Shown here in pieces: positions 24,241 to 38,549 of a DNA stretch of 64,000 nucleotides (positions are counted from its first letter, which is position 1; every line of letters starts with the position of its first letter). The position numbers and the translations under genes are program-made. The stretch is taken from positions 17,546,001 through 17,610,000 of the forward strand of contig NW_026262723.1 of assembly GCF_021869535.1 (NCBI RefSeq), in the 5' to 3' direction. A model generated the notes under the pieces. It did no database searches, was not told where the DNA came from, and saw only the letters and a list, made by a program, of their open reading frames with translations. Source of the DNA: Mytilus californianus. Its lineage: Eukaryota.

Positions 24241-26339
24241 CATTATTTCTTCCAAAAGTTTATAACCTCTCGGTATTGAACGATGTAGAAGTCCCTTGTA
24301 ATAACATGGTCATATAAATAAAGGCAACAGTAGTATACCGCTGTTCAAAATTCATAAACTGATTGAGAGAAAACAAATCCGGGTTACAAACTAAAACCGA
24401 GGACAACACATCAACTACCGTATAAGAGGAAAACAACGGAACAACAGAAACACTGAAGTGCAACAAAAACAAACGCCAATGCAACATACATAGAAACGAA
24501 CTATTTGATAACAACTGCCATATTCCTTACTTGGTACAGGACATTTTAAGAAAAAATGGTGGATTGAGCCTGGTTTTATGGCTAGCCAAACCTCCCGCTT
24601 ATATGGCTATGTTAAAAATACCGTACAAATAAATGCAAGAACACTCAGGGCAGAGAAATACATAAATAAATAAATAATATAATAGTACATTTCGACATGT
24701 AAACCACAGAATAACAATGAACACCTAAAATTAATTTACGACAGTACACAAATACAGCATAATAGAATTATGAACTGTGCGTCACACGAATGTACTAACG
24801 CCACAAAAAGTGACGTCACAGGTAAATTTCTAAAAATTGAATATAAAATCGGGATTAAGTTTGTAATGGTGTTATTTGATGTATTTTCTAACAATTACAA
24901 GAATATTAATATAGAATTGTGTTAGTAATGGTGTTATTAATTGTATTTTCTAACCAAGTCGGTTTTCCTTCTAAATCAAACTGTGTTAAAAACAAATAAA
25001 TCATGTGCAAGAATTATTTTGTATTGATTGAAACACAAAGCAAGAATTCAAACTTGTGGCACGAGTTAGATTAGTTACTAAGCGGTTTGACAGACTATAC
25101 TGATACTCTGTTTTAATCTGATGAATTAATAGTGTAATAGATTACAGTTTTTACCTAAAACTAAGGATCCGACTTTATCTTTTTTAGAGGTTCTTCGCGG
25201 CTCATGCTATTAGAAGTCTAATACACTTTTTGCTTGAAAATGTATGTTCTTCCATATTTTAAAAATGTTGTTATAGGCACTTCTGAAAAAGAAAAAAAAA
25301 CAGCTGATGATTTAAAACAGAAAATATTTAGTATGTGAGATATTAATTTTCCCATTTTTATATTTTGCTATATTCTTGAGGTATTGTAAAATTTGGTAAT
25401 ACCCTTGGCTTTCCTGGTAATATTTTATGTTCCAGATGTGTTAATTTCAATAATGGAATTCGTTTTTGCAGTTAAATCTTTGATCTATTGTACTTGGTAT
25501 GTTTTAGCTATTATTTAAGGTGTTTAACTCGTGTCTCACGTTAAACCTCATTAGTTGCCGTTATCCCAGGAGAAGGTTCTCCACACCTTTCTTCGTTAAG
25601 AGTGAAAAAATAATCAACGAATTGCTTGAAAAGCTAAAATAGTATGGTGTTGTTTAACTACAGCTTTTAAATCAAATGTATCTATTCCTCACGTTTCGGA
25701 ATCTTTGCAAAAATGGTTAAATATGATGTCAAATTCCTATGTTTTCGTTTCATTCACGAAGTAGAAATTAATGGAAATTTACGATTAAATACTCTAATCG
25801 ATATCATAAAAGAGAGGCGAAAGATACCAAAGAGACATTTAAACTGATAAGTCGAAAATAAACTGACAACGCCATGGCTAAAAAATAAAAGGACAAAAAC
25901 ATCAACAACCGTATACAAAACACAACATAGAAAAATAAAGACTGAGCAACACGAACCCCACCAAAATCGGGGGTGACATTAGGTACTCAAGAAGGGTAAG
26001 CAGATCCTAGAGGGATTTCTCAACATTTCACAAGTACCAATACAAACCAAAGTATGATTTAGACCTACAAATTGTTGTCGACACTTGTGATAGAATATTG
26101 CAAACTGTATATGCCTTGTCGTTAAATTTTGCATAGAAGGACACCCATTTCAAAAAATAAAATAATCAGTATCTTAAAGATATTTCACATTTTGAATTCA
26201 ATTTTGTAAAAGTGTATCAATTATTTTAAAATGTTGAATTGCAAAAGACACGATTTAAAGATAGGTTCACGAGGTGAACACACGTAAATCCCTCTCGTAT
26301 GAATATGTTATAGGAATTTGTAAAATCAAGGATTTTCTA

Positions 26340-26990
26340 CGCGGGACGTTTGCACTTTTTGATAGGACATATGCGGCTTTTTAAATACACATGTGCGCTT
26401 TAATTGTTAGGACATATGTGTCTATTCAAAAAGAATATTTGGGCTTTTGCTATTGAACATTTGTGCTTTATCAACATAACATTTGAGTTAGCGTGGTGAA
26501 ACTTTTACGAATTGGTTAATATATATAACACGGCATGCGCCAATACTCATCGCGGGACGTTTGCGTTTTTATAGGACAGTTGCGCTTTTTATAATGGACA
26601 TTTGCGCATTTTATAAAGAACATTTGCCCCTTAATTTTTAGGACATTTGCGCTTTATCAACATAAAATTGGAGTTATCATGATGATGAATCTTTTGAGAA
26701 TTGTTTAAAACCCAAACACGGCAAATTCATATATCTATATATAAAGCTTAATGTTGTTCTTTTCCTTTGGTAGTTGTTTGGTTACTTCCCTCAATTACCA
26801 ATACTCAACAGAATTCCTTCTTTTATTTTTTATTTTTGGGGGGGAGGGGGGATAGTTTTAATAATTCCATGAGAATTTGGTTAAGATTACAGGTAAACTT
26901 TTATAGGTTAAAAGTGCAAATGTCCATAATGTTTGGAGCGCAAATGTCCTTTCGTGTTACAATTAAAAAAGCGCAAACGTCATGCGCCCG
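26340..26990. mobile_element. MITE-like element with subterminal GGACATTTGCGC repeats; left end apparently duplicated (about 26342 and 26553)
   Basis: CGCGGGACGTTTGC(A/G) at the left; inverted GCGCAAATGTCC / GCGCAAACGTCATGCGCCCG at 26915-26990. Confidence 0.55.
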
Positions 26991-27039
26991 GGATTTTGTC
27001 AAATCCCAATATTTTTCAAAATTGAAAACAAAATGTTAT

Positions 27040-27402
27040 AAATATTATGCGTCTAAAGCGCTTTTCTGGATTTACTTTCATCAGGAACGCTCAAATCCGA
27101 ATATTTGAAAGTCAACGATATATAAGAACCGAAACGGCTGAAGAGCTTTATGAACAAAAAAGACATAAAAATAGCCAAATCCATCTAAGGTCAACTTTGC
27201 CTGATGGAGTTGACACCTTAGTTTCTTTATAATTTCAAAATTTATAAACGGACAATTTTAGAAATGTTTGATATAAATCTTACTACTGACTACTGAGTTG
27301 ATGATACCCTCGGGGACTGATAGTCCACCAGCAGAGGTATCGAACAAGCGCTGTAAAAAAATGGAATTAACGCGTTATTTATGCGTCCGAAGCGCTTTTC
27401 TG
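27040..27402 (-). mobile_element. Penelope/retrozyme-like element, about 335-bp unit with terminal redundancy; hammerhead-like motif 27049-27090
   Basis: TTATGCGTC(TA/CG)AAGCGCTTTTCTG at about 27045 and 27379. Minus strand GCGTTC CTGATGA AAGTAAATCCA GAAA AGCGCT TT AGACGC, with palindromic loop AGCGCU and a weak stem II. Confidence 0.72.
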
Positions 27403-29409
27403 TTTAAAATATATACCTCTTATTTCGTTATGCTCAGATGAGCACGCGAGTTGCGATAGATCTTAATTTTAATCAGATTTGACAAATCCCAGTTATGAGA
27501 TTTTAAAAAAACTAGCAGTTTCATTAATTTTGTTGAATCCCTGAAAATGTAAGGAATTTTATAAAAATCACTGAAAATATTCCTATAGGGATTTTGTATG
27601 ATTTCAAATTACCTGTTTTAACCATATAAATGTCATAGAAATATATTTTTTCTAATATACAATAACATGTGTGAACTGTCTTTGATAACATACATTACCG
27701 GATAAAACTCTGGATTAAAACTTTTTTAAAACAGTGATGAGGAATAGCAAGCATGGTTACAGTTGCAAAATATCATACATAAACTAATGTTATTGTAATA
27801 TCCTATGGATAGAAGCAAGAACACATTAATAAGTAATAATAAGTTAAAATAGTAAAGAAAATCTAATCAAAGAAAATAAAAACACCCCAAAAAAAAAATA
27901 AAAGTCCATGACCTAAGCACCTGTGGTCTCTTGGAAAATCAGAATAGTGGGCATCATATATAAACTTCTGTTATTGTTATATCCTTAGCTTGTCTATTTT
28001 GAAGAAGTCTTATTCCTTTGATGAACACAAAGTAATTAATACTACTTACTGTGTAAGCTATTAGTAAAGCAAGTCAGTTATTTTGCGTTTCTATCAATTT
28101 GTTATATCTTTTGTTTAAAATGGTCAAATGTCATAGAAAAAAGACAAATTTGGGCACCAAATGCAAAAGTTTTGGTAAATTTTGTCAACAATGATATCTC
28201 CGACTACGATTTCTTTGTGGCAGTTTAAATTTCACCAGACTTAATATTTCTAACGATATCTCGATGGTCAAAGTTGCACTGTTAAACTCAGTATTTAGTA
28301 ATTGTAAATTTAGTAGTAATATTTCTAAACTTTGCTGTTTTTACCAGATTTGATAGCCATAGTAATCCTCATACATGCAGTATTGGACATTAACTAATTT
28401 GGTGCATATATAATATCACTGATATCTATGCAACAAAAAAATGGCACATTGGAGCACACCGACCTTTTGCCAACTACGATAGTTAGCAATGAAAGAAAGA
28501 TAACTTGGTTTAAATCTAGAAAAGCTGTCAAGTAAGTTGGTTACGATTTGAGTCTATCATGCTTAAACATGTTAAACATAATGAAACTGAAACCAAACGT
28601 GTCAAGAGATGTAAGTGAAGCAGCCAGAATACAAATTACATCTTGGATTTACTTTTCAATTTTCTGTTTAATTTGTATAAATTTTTATTCCTCATCAAAG
28701 GCCTAGCTATAGGATTAAATACCTAAGAAATAATATCACCTGATTGAACTGTCTAAATATAATTAATTTGATGATTGACCAGTTTCAGATTTTGGCTGAT
28801 TTAAAGGGGTCATATTTTTAAATTTTTGTTTCGGCTCCCCGATGTATATGTTTACTCACAAAGTACAGAAGTTCCTAGGCCGCTGTCAGAATTTTGGGGT
28901 CGTCTTCGCGGTCCGCGTTACAGTTACGTTGATTTCTAAAAATCAATAACAACGTTTTGGAATTAGAAATTAAATCAACCCCTTTTAAAAAGCGTCAACG
29001 TGAAATTGCAGGATAAAATATAGTTGAACATTGTCGGAAAATAAAACATTGAATTGAAGCAGGAAGAAAAGTGATCTTGTCCAGTTTCTAAATTAAGCTC
29101 ATAAGAAATACTATTTTTTTTATATTTTCCTTGAACTTGTACATACAGTGTATATTGTTTTATCCTGCAATATGATTTAAACTGTTTCACGTTTAGTTTG
29201 TTTTTTTTTTTTGTTTTTTTTTTCTAAATTCTTAACCGTTGTCGTTGAATTTCAAAGAAATTGACAAGGCTAAAACGCCGTCTGCGAAGAGAACCTCAAA
29301 TGTATTGTGACGTAAACAACTACGTTTTAACATTGCCGTTCTCTCAAGAATAGAAGCAGACAAACTTGCAGGATACTTTATTTGTGTAAATTATAAATAA
29401 ACCCAAAAA

Positions 29410-29955
29410 TTGTTGTGTATATCTGTTATTTGTACAATAGTTGGCATATTGCAGGATGGTATGATTTATTTGTTGTGTATATCTGTTATTTGTACAATAG
29501 TTGGCATATTGCAGGATGGTATGATTTACTTGTTGTGTATATCTGTTATTTGTACAATAGTTGGCATATTGCAGGATGGTATGATTCATTTGTTGTGTAT
29601 ATCTGTCATTTGTACAATAGTTGGCATATTGCAGGATGGTATGATTTATTTGTTGTGTATATCTGTTATTTGTACAATAGTTGTTATATTGCAGGATGGT
29701 ATGATTTATTTGTTGTGTATATCTGTTATTTGTACAATAGTTGGCATATTGCAGGATGGTATGATTCATTTGTTGTGTATATCTGTTATTTGTACAATAG
29801 TTGGCATATTGCAGGATGGTATGATTCATTTGTTGTGTATATCTGTTATTTGTACAATAGTTGGCATATTGCAGGATGGTATGATTCATTTGTTGTGTAT
29901 ATCTGTCATTTGTACAATAGTTGGCATATTGCAGGATGGTATGATTCATTTGTTG
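29410..29955. repeat. 60-bp tandem repeat, about 9 copies
   Basis: Unit TTGTTGTGTATATCTGTTATTTGTACAATAGTTGGCATATTGCAGGATGGTATGATT(T/C)AT is aligned in register on consecutive 60-nt lines. Confidence 0.97.
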
Positions 29956-32477
29956 GTATGCGTAAGCTTGTAGCTCAAATTAAACTCTTTAAAAAAAAAT
30001 CGGTGACATATATACTTTTAAATGGAAATAGCATGATACGATGTGGAAATTTCCCATGACGTCCCTTTACAAAACATATATTTATTTTTGTGGTACAAAG
30101 AAAGATAAATGTTGATAGACTTGCACGCAAGACTTGAGATATATATATAAATATAATTCGACAAAAACACAAGATCCTTCAAAAAACTCTTTCACGGAGT
30201 AAATGTTTGAAAATTAATCAAATATATTGCAAATGAATATTAAAGAGTCTTAATACTACATAATATTTAAAGTATTTTGAAACAATTTACTGGCACATCT
30301 AAAAAAATGTAATATATCGCTATATATTGCTGTTGAAGAGAATTCGAGAAAATATTGCAACTTTTATAGGAAATCCTTAACCAAAAACAATTAATTTGTA
30401 CGTTGACTACAATTAAAAAAACAATACTTTACTTCTGAACGAATTTTGATTTTAGCTAGGAATTTCCATCTTGTTCATTGTTCGATTTAATACTCGAAAT
30501 TGAACGAAATATAAAAATTGAAGTTTTTGGTCATATTTCATTAGGCATTATGATGAAGATATAAGTTCAGAATGACGACATTATCATGTTGAAACTTTAA
30601 AATACACATATTTGAACCTATGATAATGAAATTTTAATAAGATTGATCTGTCTCTTTATCACAAAAGTCCTCAAGATGTACAAAAGAAAAGAGTTTCATT
30701 TGACAAGCATGTCACCCCATCCCCAAATAAAAATAAGCGAAGAAAAGAAATCCGCTTGTATTGTTGTATATGTTTAGCTATCACAAAGTAATGGTGACAA
30801 AATAAAGAATTCAAAAGAGAAAAAAAATGGCCGGATTTATACTAAAACAATAAACGAAAACAAATATGACAGAGTATCAATGAACCAAGGACACCCGACT
30901 TGGGATAGGCAAATAAGAACGCGGCGACATGAAACAGACAAAAACAACATAAACACAAAAACTTAAAGTTCATATATTAAGACTACTCAGTCGCGATTAC
31001 TGAAAGCTAGTTCACATGTGCCCTGTAATCTCAATGTAAAATATAAAATCAATGTATATTTTTTTGATTGAATTGTTTCACATTTAATCATGCATGGGCC
31101 TTTTATCGCTGACTATAAGATATGGGTTTTGCTCCTTGTTGAAGGCCGTACGGTAAAATATACGCCAGTCATTTGGACTCCATGGCAATCAAACCACACC
31201 TCCTTGTAGTGTGTCATATATATCAGTACTTTTTTCAATATTGTCTTACATACTAGTATTTGGTTTATCATTTAGACCTCTTGCAAACTGAGGGGGGGGG
31301 GGGGGGGGGGGGGGAAACTCGGCAGATTGCGGTACCCTACATCATCAATTGTCAATATAATACTTCCAGGGTCCGGGTATTATCATATTCTAATTACCAC
31401 ACACTAAAAGTGTTAATTACTGGTAATTTTATATTAAATATTTCAATTTTGAAATGTTTGTGATATCAAAGTGACGTCGCAGGTGACATTATGGCATAAA
31501 AGTGACTAGACCTATTTTCTTGTTTGTCTATCAATAAATTAACACAACTTTGGAAAAAAATCAACATAAACGGAAAAGAATTGAGCCAATGGTGATGTGT
31601 ATTTCGATTTCATTGTTTTCAACAGAGAAACTATCGTGAGAGTGATGACCATGTTCATCCGTCCATCCACACTTTGTATCCGTATATCTTTCTTTAATAT
31701 TAAAGATAATAGATAGTACCTAATGGCATTGTGCATCACCTGTTTATCCGAATGAATTTTTGTTCTTTGATTTTTTTTTTTTGTGGGGGGGGGGATTCCC
31801 ATAGCATTAAGAAATGGTGGTGGGCATTTTGTATCCACAACTTCACTTAACAAGTAACAAGGTTTTCAGATAAGGGAAGAGGAATGGGGCATGGAATTTA
31901 TGAGCAATGTAAAAAAAAAAAAATCATTTCATCGGAGTTAATACTGGGATTTGAGAATAGAGAATTAGAGGCAAATACGTGAAAATCAATTCCTCTGGAA
32001 CTTGCTAAATCGATCTCTGGAAAGATGGAGAACCTCACAACTTGTAAGATGTGATTATTTGACTAATCTGTTCTTTTTCTTAACACCTGGCAACAAATGG
32101 ATTGATTGTTTCACTATGTAATATTTACTGAAGGAACATAAAGCTTTTATTTACTCATCTTATTTGTGTTCAATCATAAAGTAGCATATGTTTAGCGGGG
32201 ATACCTAATTTATTTAATATTACCACAACGTGAAATGAGTTATTCCCCTTTGTTCTACTGGTTCATAAAATAGTTACAATAATCATCGTACGTGTATTAT
32301 TTCACGTTTCGTCTAACATCTACACATTTAATCATATAATTCCCTAAAATTAAAATATTTTAGAACAGACAAATTTTCATAAGTAAATAACCAAACAAAT
32401 TTTGCGTTTGAGGGATTTGAAAAGTTATGACAAATATTGTTTATCTCTTTGAAAAGTATCTCTCTCTAACACTTACT

Positions 32478-32942
32478 TGGTTACAAGAGCGCAGTTATTT
32501 GTTTATATTTTACCTGCAAGTTTTTTACCCCGAGATGGTACTCAGAATAGAATCCTGTACGGCTTCTGATTGGATGATACAGAATTGGAATTACTTTTAA
32601 TCGAAAGCTTAACCAATTAGGTTTTAAAAATCCAGAAAATCAAATTCACATTTTGCAAAGTATAGAAAATATCTTCCATTTCTGCACGTCAGGGCCATTA
32701 AAAATATGCCTTTTTCATTAAGCGAAAAAAATAGACGATCTTTTTCAACTGCATTTTAAGTCAATTTTTGCCGCATGCATGACCATATATATTTTTTTGG
32801 TTGTAATGCAACACTGGCATTTCTAGTAACAGGAACTGCTACCCGTTTTTCCCTAGTTTGTGTAGTCTTCAAGAAAAAAAATACGGAACACCACTGGTAC
32901 CCTATGGAAAATGCATTACGAATAATTGCGCTCTTGTAACCA
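32478..32942. mobile_element. MITE with 22-bp terminal inverted repeats
   Basis: TGGTTACAAGAGCGCAGTTATT (32478-32499) / AATAATTGCGCTCTTGTAACCA (32921-32942), one mismatch; ACTTAC is present at both flanks. Confidence 0.75.
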
Positions 32943-33489
32943 CTTACAAAGCCTCGGATCTCTTTTTATATATGAAGTTTTATATATGTCTCTTTCTGTT
33001 TTGAGATCATGGTCACTGATTATGATTTTACATATGGCACTTCTCAATCGAACTTGTTTAATGATAAATGAGTTTCTTTAGAAAAACAAGCTTTTATTTT
33101 GAAATAAGTATCTAATTTACTACCTTTTGTATCTGTTCTTTTTGTGTTCCAAAATCCCATATGATCATAGGTTGTCAATTTAGGGTCATATAACAGTCGT
33201 CTAAATATTCCTAGATTCAATACTTCCGTTACGATATGTTGCTTTTAGGAACACCTATTTTTTTAAGAATTATAGTGTTTTCTTTTTTAAAGATCTCGAT
33301 CCAAAGTTTTTACTTGAAAATATATATAATAGAAACTAACATATGCCACATCTACATCTATACATCTATACTATTGATCTGCAGTGGAAATCCATAACAC
33401 AGATACTGCTGTGCAAACGTCAACCTGCGTGCTCAGTATTACAAGTGCAATCAAAATTGGATAAAAACGGGTGGTTTCTGTTTACAGCT

Positions 33490-34100
33490 GCAGTCTCCGA
33501 AGTTGCTCCTTGGAGCATTCCAGGGATGTAGCTTGGAAGGCTTCGAGAGGCAGGCTGTCCCAGTCGGTGATGGTGCGTGGTATATGGCTGTACTTGTAGG
33601 CATCTGTGGAGGTACTGATCTGAGTGAATTTTTCTGGATGGTATTGTCTTGTTGAGGTAGATGGTCTCCTCACGTATGATGGTATGGTGACTGCCGCCTT
33701 TCCATGTGGCTTTGTAGAACATGCTCAATCTACTGGATTTCCGTCTAGATTCTAGTGTCTGTCATTCTAGGGTTTTCAGGATGTTTGTAACTGTCCCTGG
33801 TTTTCGACTGTATGTTGATGTCGCAAATCTGGCAGGTCTTCTTTGGACAATTTTCTAGGGAGTCAATGTGATGTTTTCGATATGGATCCCATACTGCAGA
33901 GGCGTACTCAAGATGTGGGCGCACTAGCGATGTATAGGTCTGCGCTTTGATGTCTTAAGGACATTTCCAGATGTTGCATCTTAGGAATCCTAGTACTCGG
34001 TTTGATTTTGTGATTACTTTCTTGATATGTGGATCCAAATTGAGATCTTCTGATAATTCTACTCCGAGGTATGGATATTGGTGGATTGCCACATCACAAT
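33490..34100 (-). mobile_element. CR1/L2-clade LINE 3' fragment (RT C-terminus), disrupted
   Basis: YLGVIISEDL...KSNRVLGFLRCNI...YTSLVRPHLEYASAVWDP...RRKSSRLSMFYK...YKYSHIPRTITDWDSLP. A small related fragment on + at about 38190-38380 (KLERIQCQAAKSITRDYKS). Confidence 0.85.
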
Positions 34101-34506
34101 AACATCAATAAAACATAAAGAATTGACAAAGTCTTTCTGTGCTTTTAATTAGTTCCTTGATTACAATTAAAAACCTAATTATAAAGTTTTGAAATAAAAA
34201 AAATGAAATAATGGAATTAATTTTTTTTGGAATGTAAAACATTATTTGAATGTTTTAGCTCAATATCGTTCTTTTGATCGTCATTTAAATTCGGTTGAAA
34301 ATTGTGTCGATTTTCTACACTTGACTTCCTTCCACACAATCCTATCAAACAGAAGTGCTACAACTGGTACAAAACTTTCTTCTGTAATAAGTAAAAATGC
34401 TAGATACCCTTACTGATGAATTGAGTAAAGCTGCTATTTTTCTCTTTCACAATATCTATATAAAAATATAAATCAACTGTTTTAAAAACAATTGTTAAAC
34501 GGTCTT

Positions 34507-34636
34507 NNNNNNNNNNNNNNNNNNNNNNNNNNNNNNNNNNNNNNNNNNNNNNNNNNNNNNNNNNNNNNNNNNNNNNNNNNNNNNNNNNNNNNNNNNNNNN
34601 NNNNNNNNNNNNNNNNNNNNNNNNNNNNNNNNNNNN
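34507..34636. other. Assembly gap (130 N)
   Basis: Run of N. Confidence 1.
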
Positions 34637-35129
34637 TCTCTATGCGAGGCATCGGACTTGACGTTCATATTCTGACGAGGCTGCGTACTTGTATATCCAG
34701 CACTCCCAAACGGAAAGCTTCAGGATTTCCTAATAAATAAAAATCCTAACATCTTCTTTTTTTTCTAATTTTCTCTATTTGCTACGAGAACATGGTTTCT
34801 TTTATGTGTTGTGTGTACATTTTGTTTCAACTTGTAGGAAGAAAAAAAATGAGTAACATTTTGTCTTGGAAGTTTCACTTTCCATATTTGGATATGGATC
34901 TCGAATGTTTTATTCTAATTTTAGGTCCGCGCGCGTGATGATGTTTTGAAGTCACGTGACGCTCGAATATATATGTCTGGAGTTGCAGGAATAAATTAAG
35001 ATAAGATGCATGTATACATCATGATAGCTGCAAAGTTTGAGGCTATAATTAGTTCATTTTGTTCATTTTACTATTTCAGTGGCATGGAACCCCTAAAACA
35101 ATGACGCGTACCATTTTGACAAAAACTTT

Positions 35130-35542
35130 CCAGTTATATCATGTCGCGACTAACATTTTGGTAAAGGCAGATAACTCCTTTAAGATCTCACTGGATCGCT
35201 TCGATCCAAATTAGGCAAAAATTCCTGAGGATGTAACACAATTTAGAAAAAGAATTTTGTCGATATCTTTTTTTGTTACGAAGGAGATGTACACAGATGA
35301 TAAACAGTAAATAGGGAGATAACTCTTACAAAGAAAATGGTTCGGCTTAGCAGGGTGAAATTTAAAAGCGCATAAACTATACGATACAATATGGGAAATA
35401 TCTAAGCGACATATTGCGAAACAAATATTTATCGCAAGAACAAAATTTGGCGGAAGAAAAAAAAATAATAATAATAATAATAACAATAATAATCAGAACA
35501 AATACAATAGGTCTTTCCACCGAAAAGTGGAAAGACCTAATA
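35130..35542 (+). mobile_element. Helentron-associated (HINE-like) non-autonomous element
   Basis: (AAT)n microsatellite followed by 3' hairpin TAGGTCTTTCCAC-CGAAAA-GTGGAAAGACCTA (35508-35539). The 5' boundary is approximate. Confidence 0.6.
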
Positions 35543-35989
35543 AGGGAATGTGGAATGAATGTCAATTAGACAAATATCCAACAGAGTCCAAATAAAGCGG
35601 ATTTAAGCAACTATATATAGCTCACCAAACGGCTTTCAACAATGAACAAAACCTGTATTGGATAGTCAGCTGTAAAAGGACCTGTCAAGACAAAGTGTGA
35701 ACCATCCTGGCCGGTGCTTATATTTTGGCATCGCACGAGGTCATGTTTTCCTTAGGCTGTTTGTGAAATCTAAATCTATTGGATATGTACTGATTGAAAT
35801 TTAGTATGGAAATTCATGATTTATTCAATAGTAGGGATTGCCTTTGCGCTAGCTTTCATATTTGATAGTACTCTTAGAGAGGTATCTTGTGTTTTTGTCA
35901 CGGTTTTGTGTTGTGGTTTTTATGTGTTAGCAGTGCCATTCTAGAAAAAAATCAAGCCTGATTTTTAGAGTTTGTCCAATGTTAAGGGT

Positions 35990-36390
35990 AGTGTTAGGTC
36001 CACTCAAAATGTTTTACCCCACCACATTATGTATGTGCCTGTCCCAAGACAGGAGCCAGTAATACATTGGTTGTCAGTTGGTTGCTGTCTGTCTTATTCG
36101 TTTTTCGTTTATTGTTACATAAACCAGACCGTTAGTTTTTTCTTTTAAATTGTTTTACATTTTGTCAATCCTATAATCGTCCTGAACATGCGTGAAATAT
36201 TTGCCACTGTACGTTAAGCAACCAACAATCAACCGATCAATTCTACCAAATTGGACCTTTTAAAGCTTACTATATGGTAAAGTTTCTCTCATTGTTATAA
36301 GCCGGACAGTGCCTTATAACAGTTAACATCGTCGTCCTTTGGTCCCTATTGGAGATTTGTCTCATTTGCAATCATACCACATCTTATTGT
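35990..36390 (+). mobile_element. Unclassified interspersed repeat (same family as 15073-15449)
   Basis: GTCCCAAGACAGGAGCC...GGTTGTC...GTCTCATTTGCAATCATACCACATCTT. Confidence 0.7.
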
Positions 36391-38435
36391 TATAAGACAA
36401 CCACTAACGAGGTTTCTGGCTTGGAGCATGCGCATGTGAACATATTGAATGGGTTATTAAATAAAACCTTTTTGTTAATTCGGATTGCTTATCTGTTTTC
36501 TTATCTTTCTATTTACTCATAACTATTTAGTGATATTCCATATCGGACCTCAAATGAGCATAATGATTATGTTTTCAATAGAAACATTGGATAACCCTGT
36601 CATATATTTATTAACTTCAAAACATGGCTTAATGCACTTTCACAGCTATCGTTGCTTGTGGACAATTATCAAGCCATACAGAAAGCAATTATAATCTTTT
36701 TCAGTAGAACCTACTTTGTAGCCTTACAATATACTGACAATTTTTCATTAGCCTCTATGGTTTTACTAAAAATAACTTAACAAAAGATATTGTTTTCACT
36801 CGATTTTTGTTAAGTACCACTTTGTTCTTATTTATTGTCTCCTCTGACGTCAATAGAGACTAAATCTGATTATATCTGGTTCCTAAGACTGTTCAGGAAT
36901 AGAGTCGATTGGGGCTCCAAACGAAACTGAAAAAAAAAAATGCTCAGTGTAACAATACTTTTTATTCTGCAATGTCATTTCACAACACAAATAAAATTTT
37001 GCAATATTTATATAGACCGCAATATGCGTCACCTGGGAACAGTATATCTAACATATATGTTCCTGGCGAAAAAAATCAGAAGGTCTCTGGAAAGGTATAC
37101 AAATATCCCCTTCTTACATCCTTACTCATTTCTTGTTTGCGTCCACTTTGAGGTCCGCGTCCAAGCAATGTCCATTCCAATAATCAAAGAGCTGAAAGCT
37201 CTGAGGAAAAATGACGCCACTGTCTCTAATATTGTGATATTTTTTATGCAAGTCTTGATTTTCACATACCGTAATAAGTTTATTGCAACATGTCTCGTAT
37301 ATATAATTGATATTCGTATATGTGTCTGTTTTTTCAGTACAAATGAATAGGTCAAGACTACCGGAATGATCTACAATATCCAATGACTACTGGCTGTTCT
37401 TTTGTACTAATAAAAAGGTCAAGACTATTTGAATGATCTACAATATCCAATGACTACTGGCTGTTCTTTTGTACATATAAATAAAGACTACCTGAATGAT
37501 CTAAAGTATTTTAAGTAATGTGATTTTTTTCTTGCAATTACATTTTTCTAAATCAAGAATATAGACTACTAGTATCCTTTTCAAACCAAATTATTATGAA
37601 GAGCCTGTTGTTATCAAGCTCTTATACCCCACATACTCATTAAATAAGTTACTAGTGACCTAGTTATTTCTGTTACTTGAAGCAAATTATATTTCTGTAT
37701 ATTTAGACAATAGTATAATATTGTTTTACTAGTTTTATTTCACCTTGAAGATTAGACAAATAGGGATACTCCTCAGTTCGATTTTTAATTTCATGTCAGT
37801 CAGGTCGCTTTATATGAAACTTGAAACCACTTCTCTGCCATATTGTTATTTTATAACAACTCTGCCCTTGACCGTGTTGACCCATGTAATTGATATTCAT
37901 TCTTTAACCATATATCATAGTCAGTTAGTTTTTGATTTTGCACTCCCACACCACCTTTCATGTCTTTCAGGTCAAATGTCTGTCTCCATTTAAGTTAATG
38001 ACACTGAACAATCATGGTATTAAACACAATTTCAATAGTGATAATGCTGTTCTCGTGGGTCACCATATATTCAACTAGGGTAGCATTCCAGTTATTGAAA
38101 TTTGTGTCAGATTAGAACAATGATCTAGATCTTTAGGAATGGATCTTATAATTTAATATGGAGCCATAGTATGGGACCGCTACACGGTAACAAAAAAAAA
38201 AACAAGCTTGAAAGGATACAATGTCAAGCGGCAAAATCTATCACCAGAGATTACAAGTCAAAAGAGGATGGACGGGATACGTCTCTAAAATGCTTGCTGA
38301 ACTGGAACTACAGCAAGATCTCCAGACAAGACGAACAAAGCGTTGAAGCCAGAAGTTAATATTTATGTAAAAAGTAGTTGAGGGGCTGATTCCCGCTATT
38401 GAACCATACTGTCATTCTATAATATCATTGCGTAA

Positions 38436-38549
38436 GTATTTCTGTATTGGCCTTGTTATTGGTCCATGTCTTGGGTGTATTGGTCTGAGGCAAAGCGGAA
38501 GGCCAATACTGCTGGCCGAGGACCAATAATAAGGCCAATACAGAAATAC
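38436..38549. mobile_element. Palindromic (foldback) MITE-like element
   Basis: GTATTTCTGTATTGGCCTTGTTATTGGTCC / GGACCAATAATAAGGCCAATACAGAAATAC, with inner stem GTATTGGTCT/AGGCCAATAC. Confidence 0.8.

Noticed and set aside
29344-30059. Three overlapping ORFs of 187-214 aa
   Set aside because: Artefact of a stop-poor 60-bp repeat that is open in several frames on both strands.
34492-34740. 82-aa ORF
   Set aside because: Spans the N gap.
34951-34960. Perfect GTCACGTGAC (CLEAR/E-box) in a short CpG-rich patch
   Set aside because: A single 10-mer with no identifiable downstream gene; cannot be supported as a promoter.
36909-37383. Overlapping ORFs of 77-136 aa on both strands
   Set aside because: No recognisable motif or consistent splice structure; an unrecognised exon cannot be excluded.
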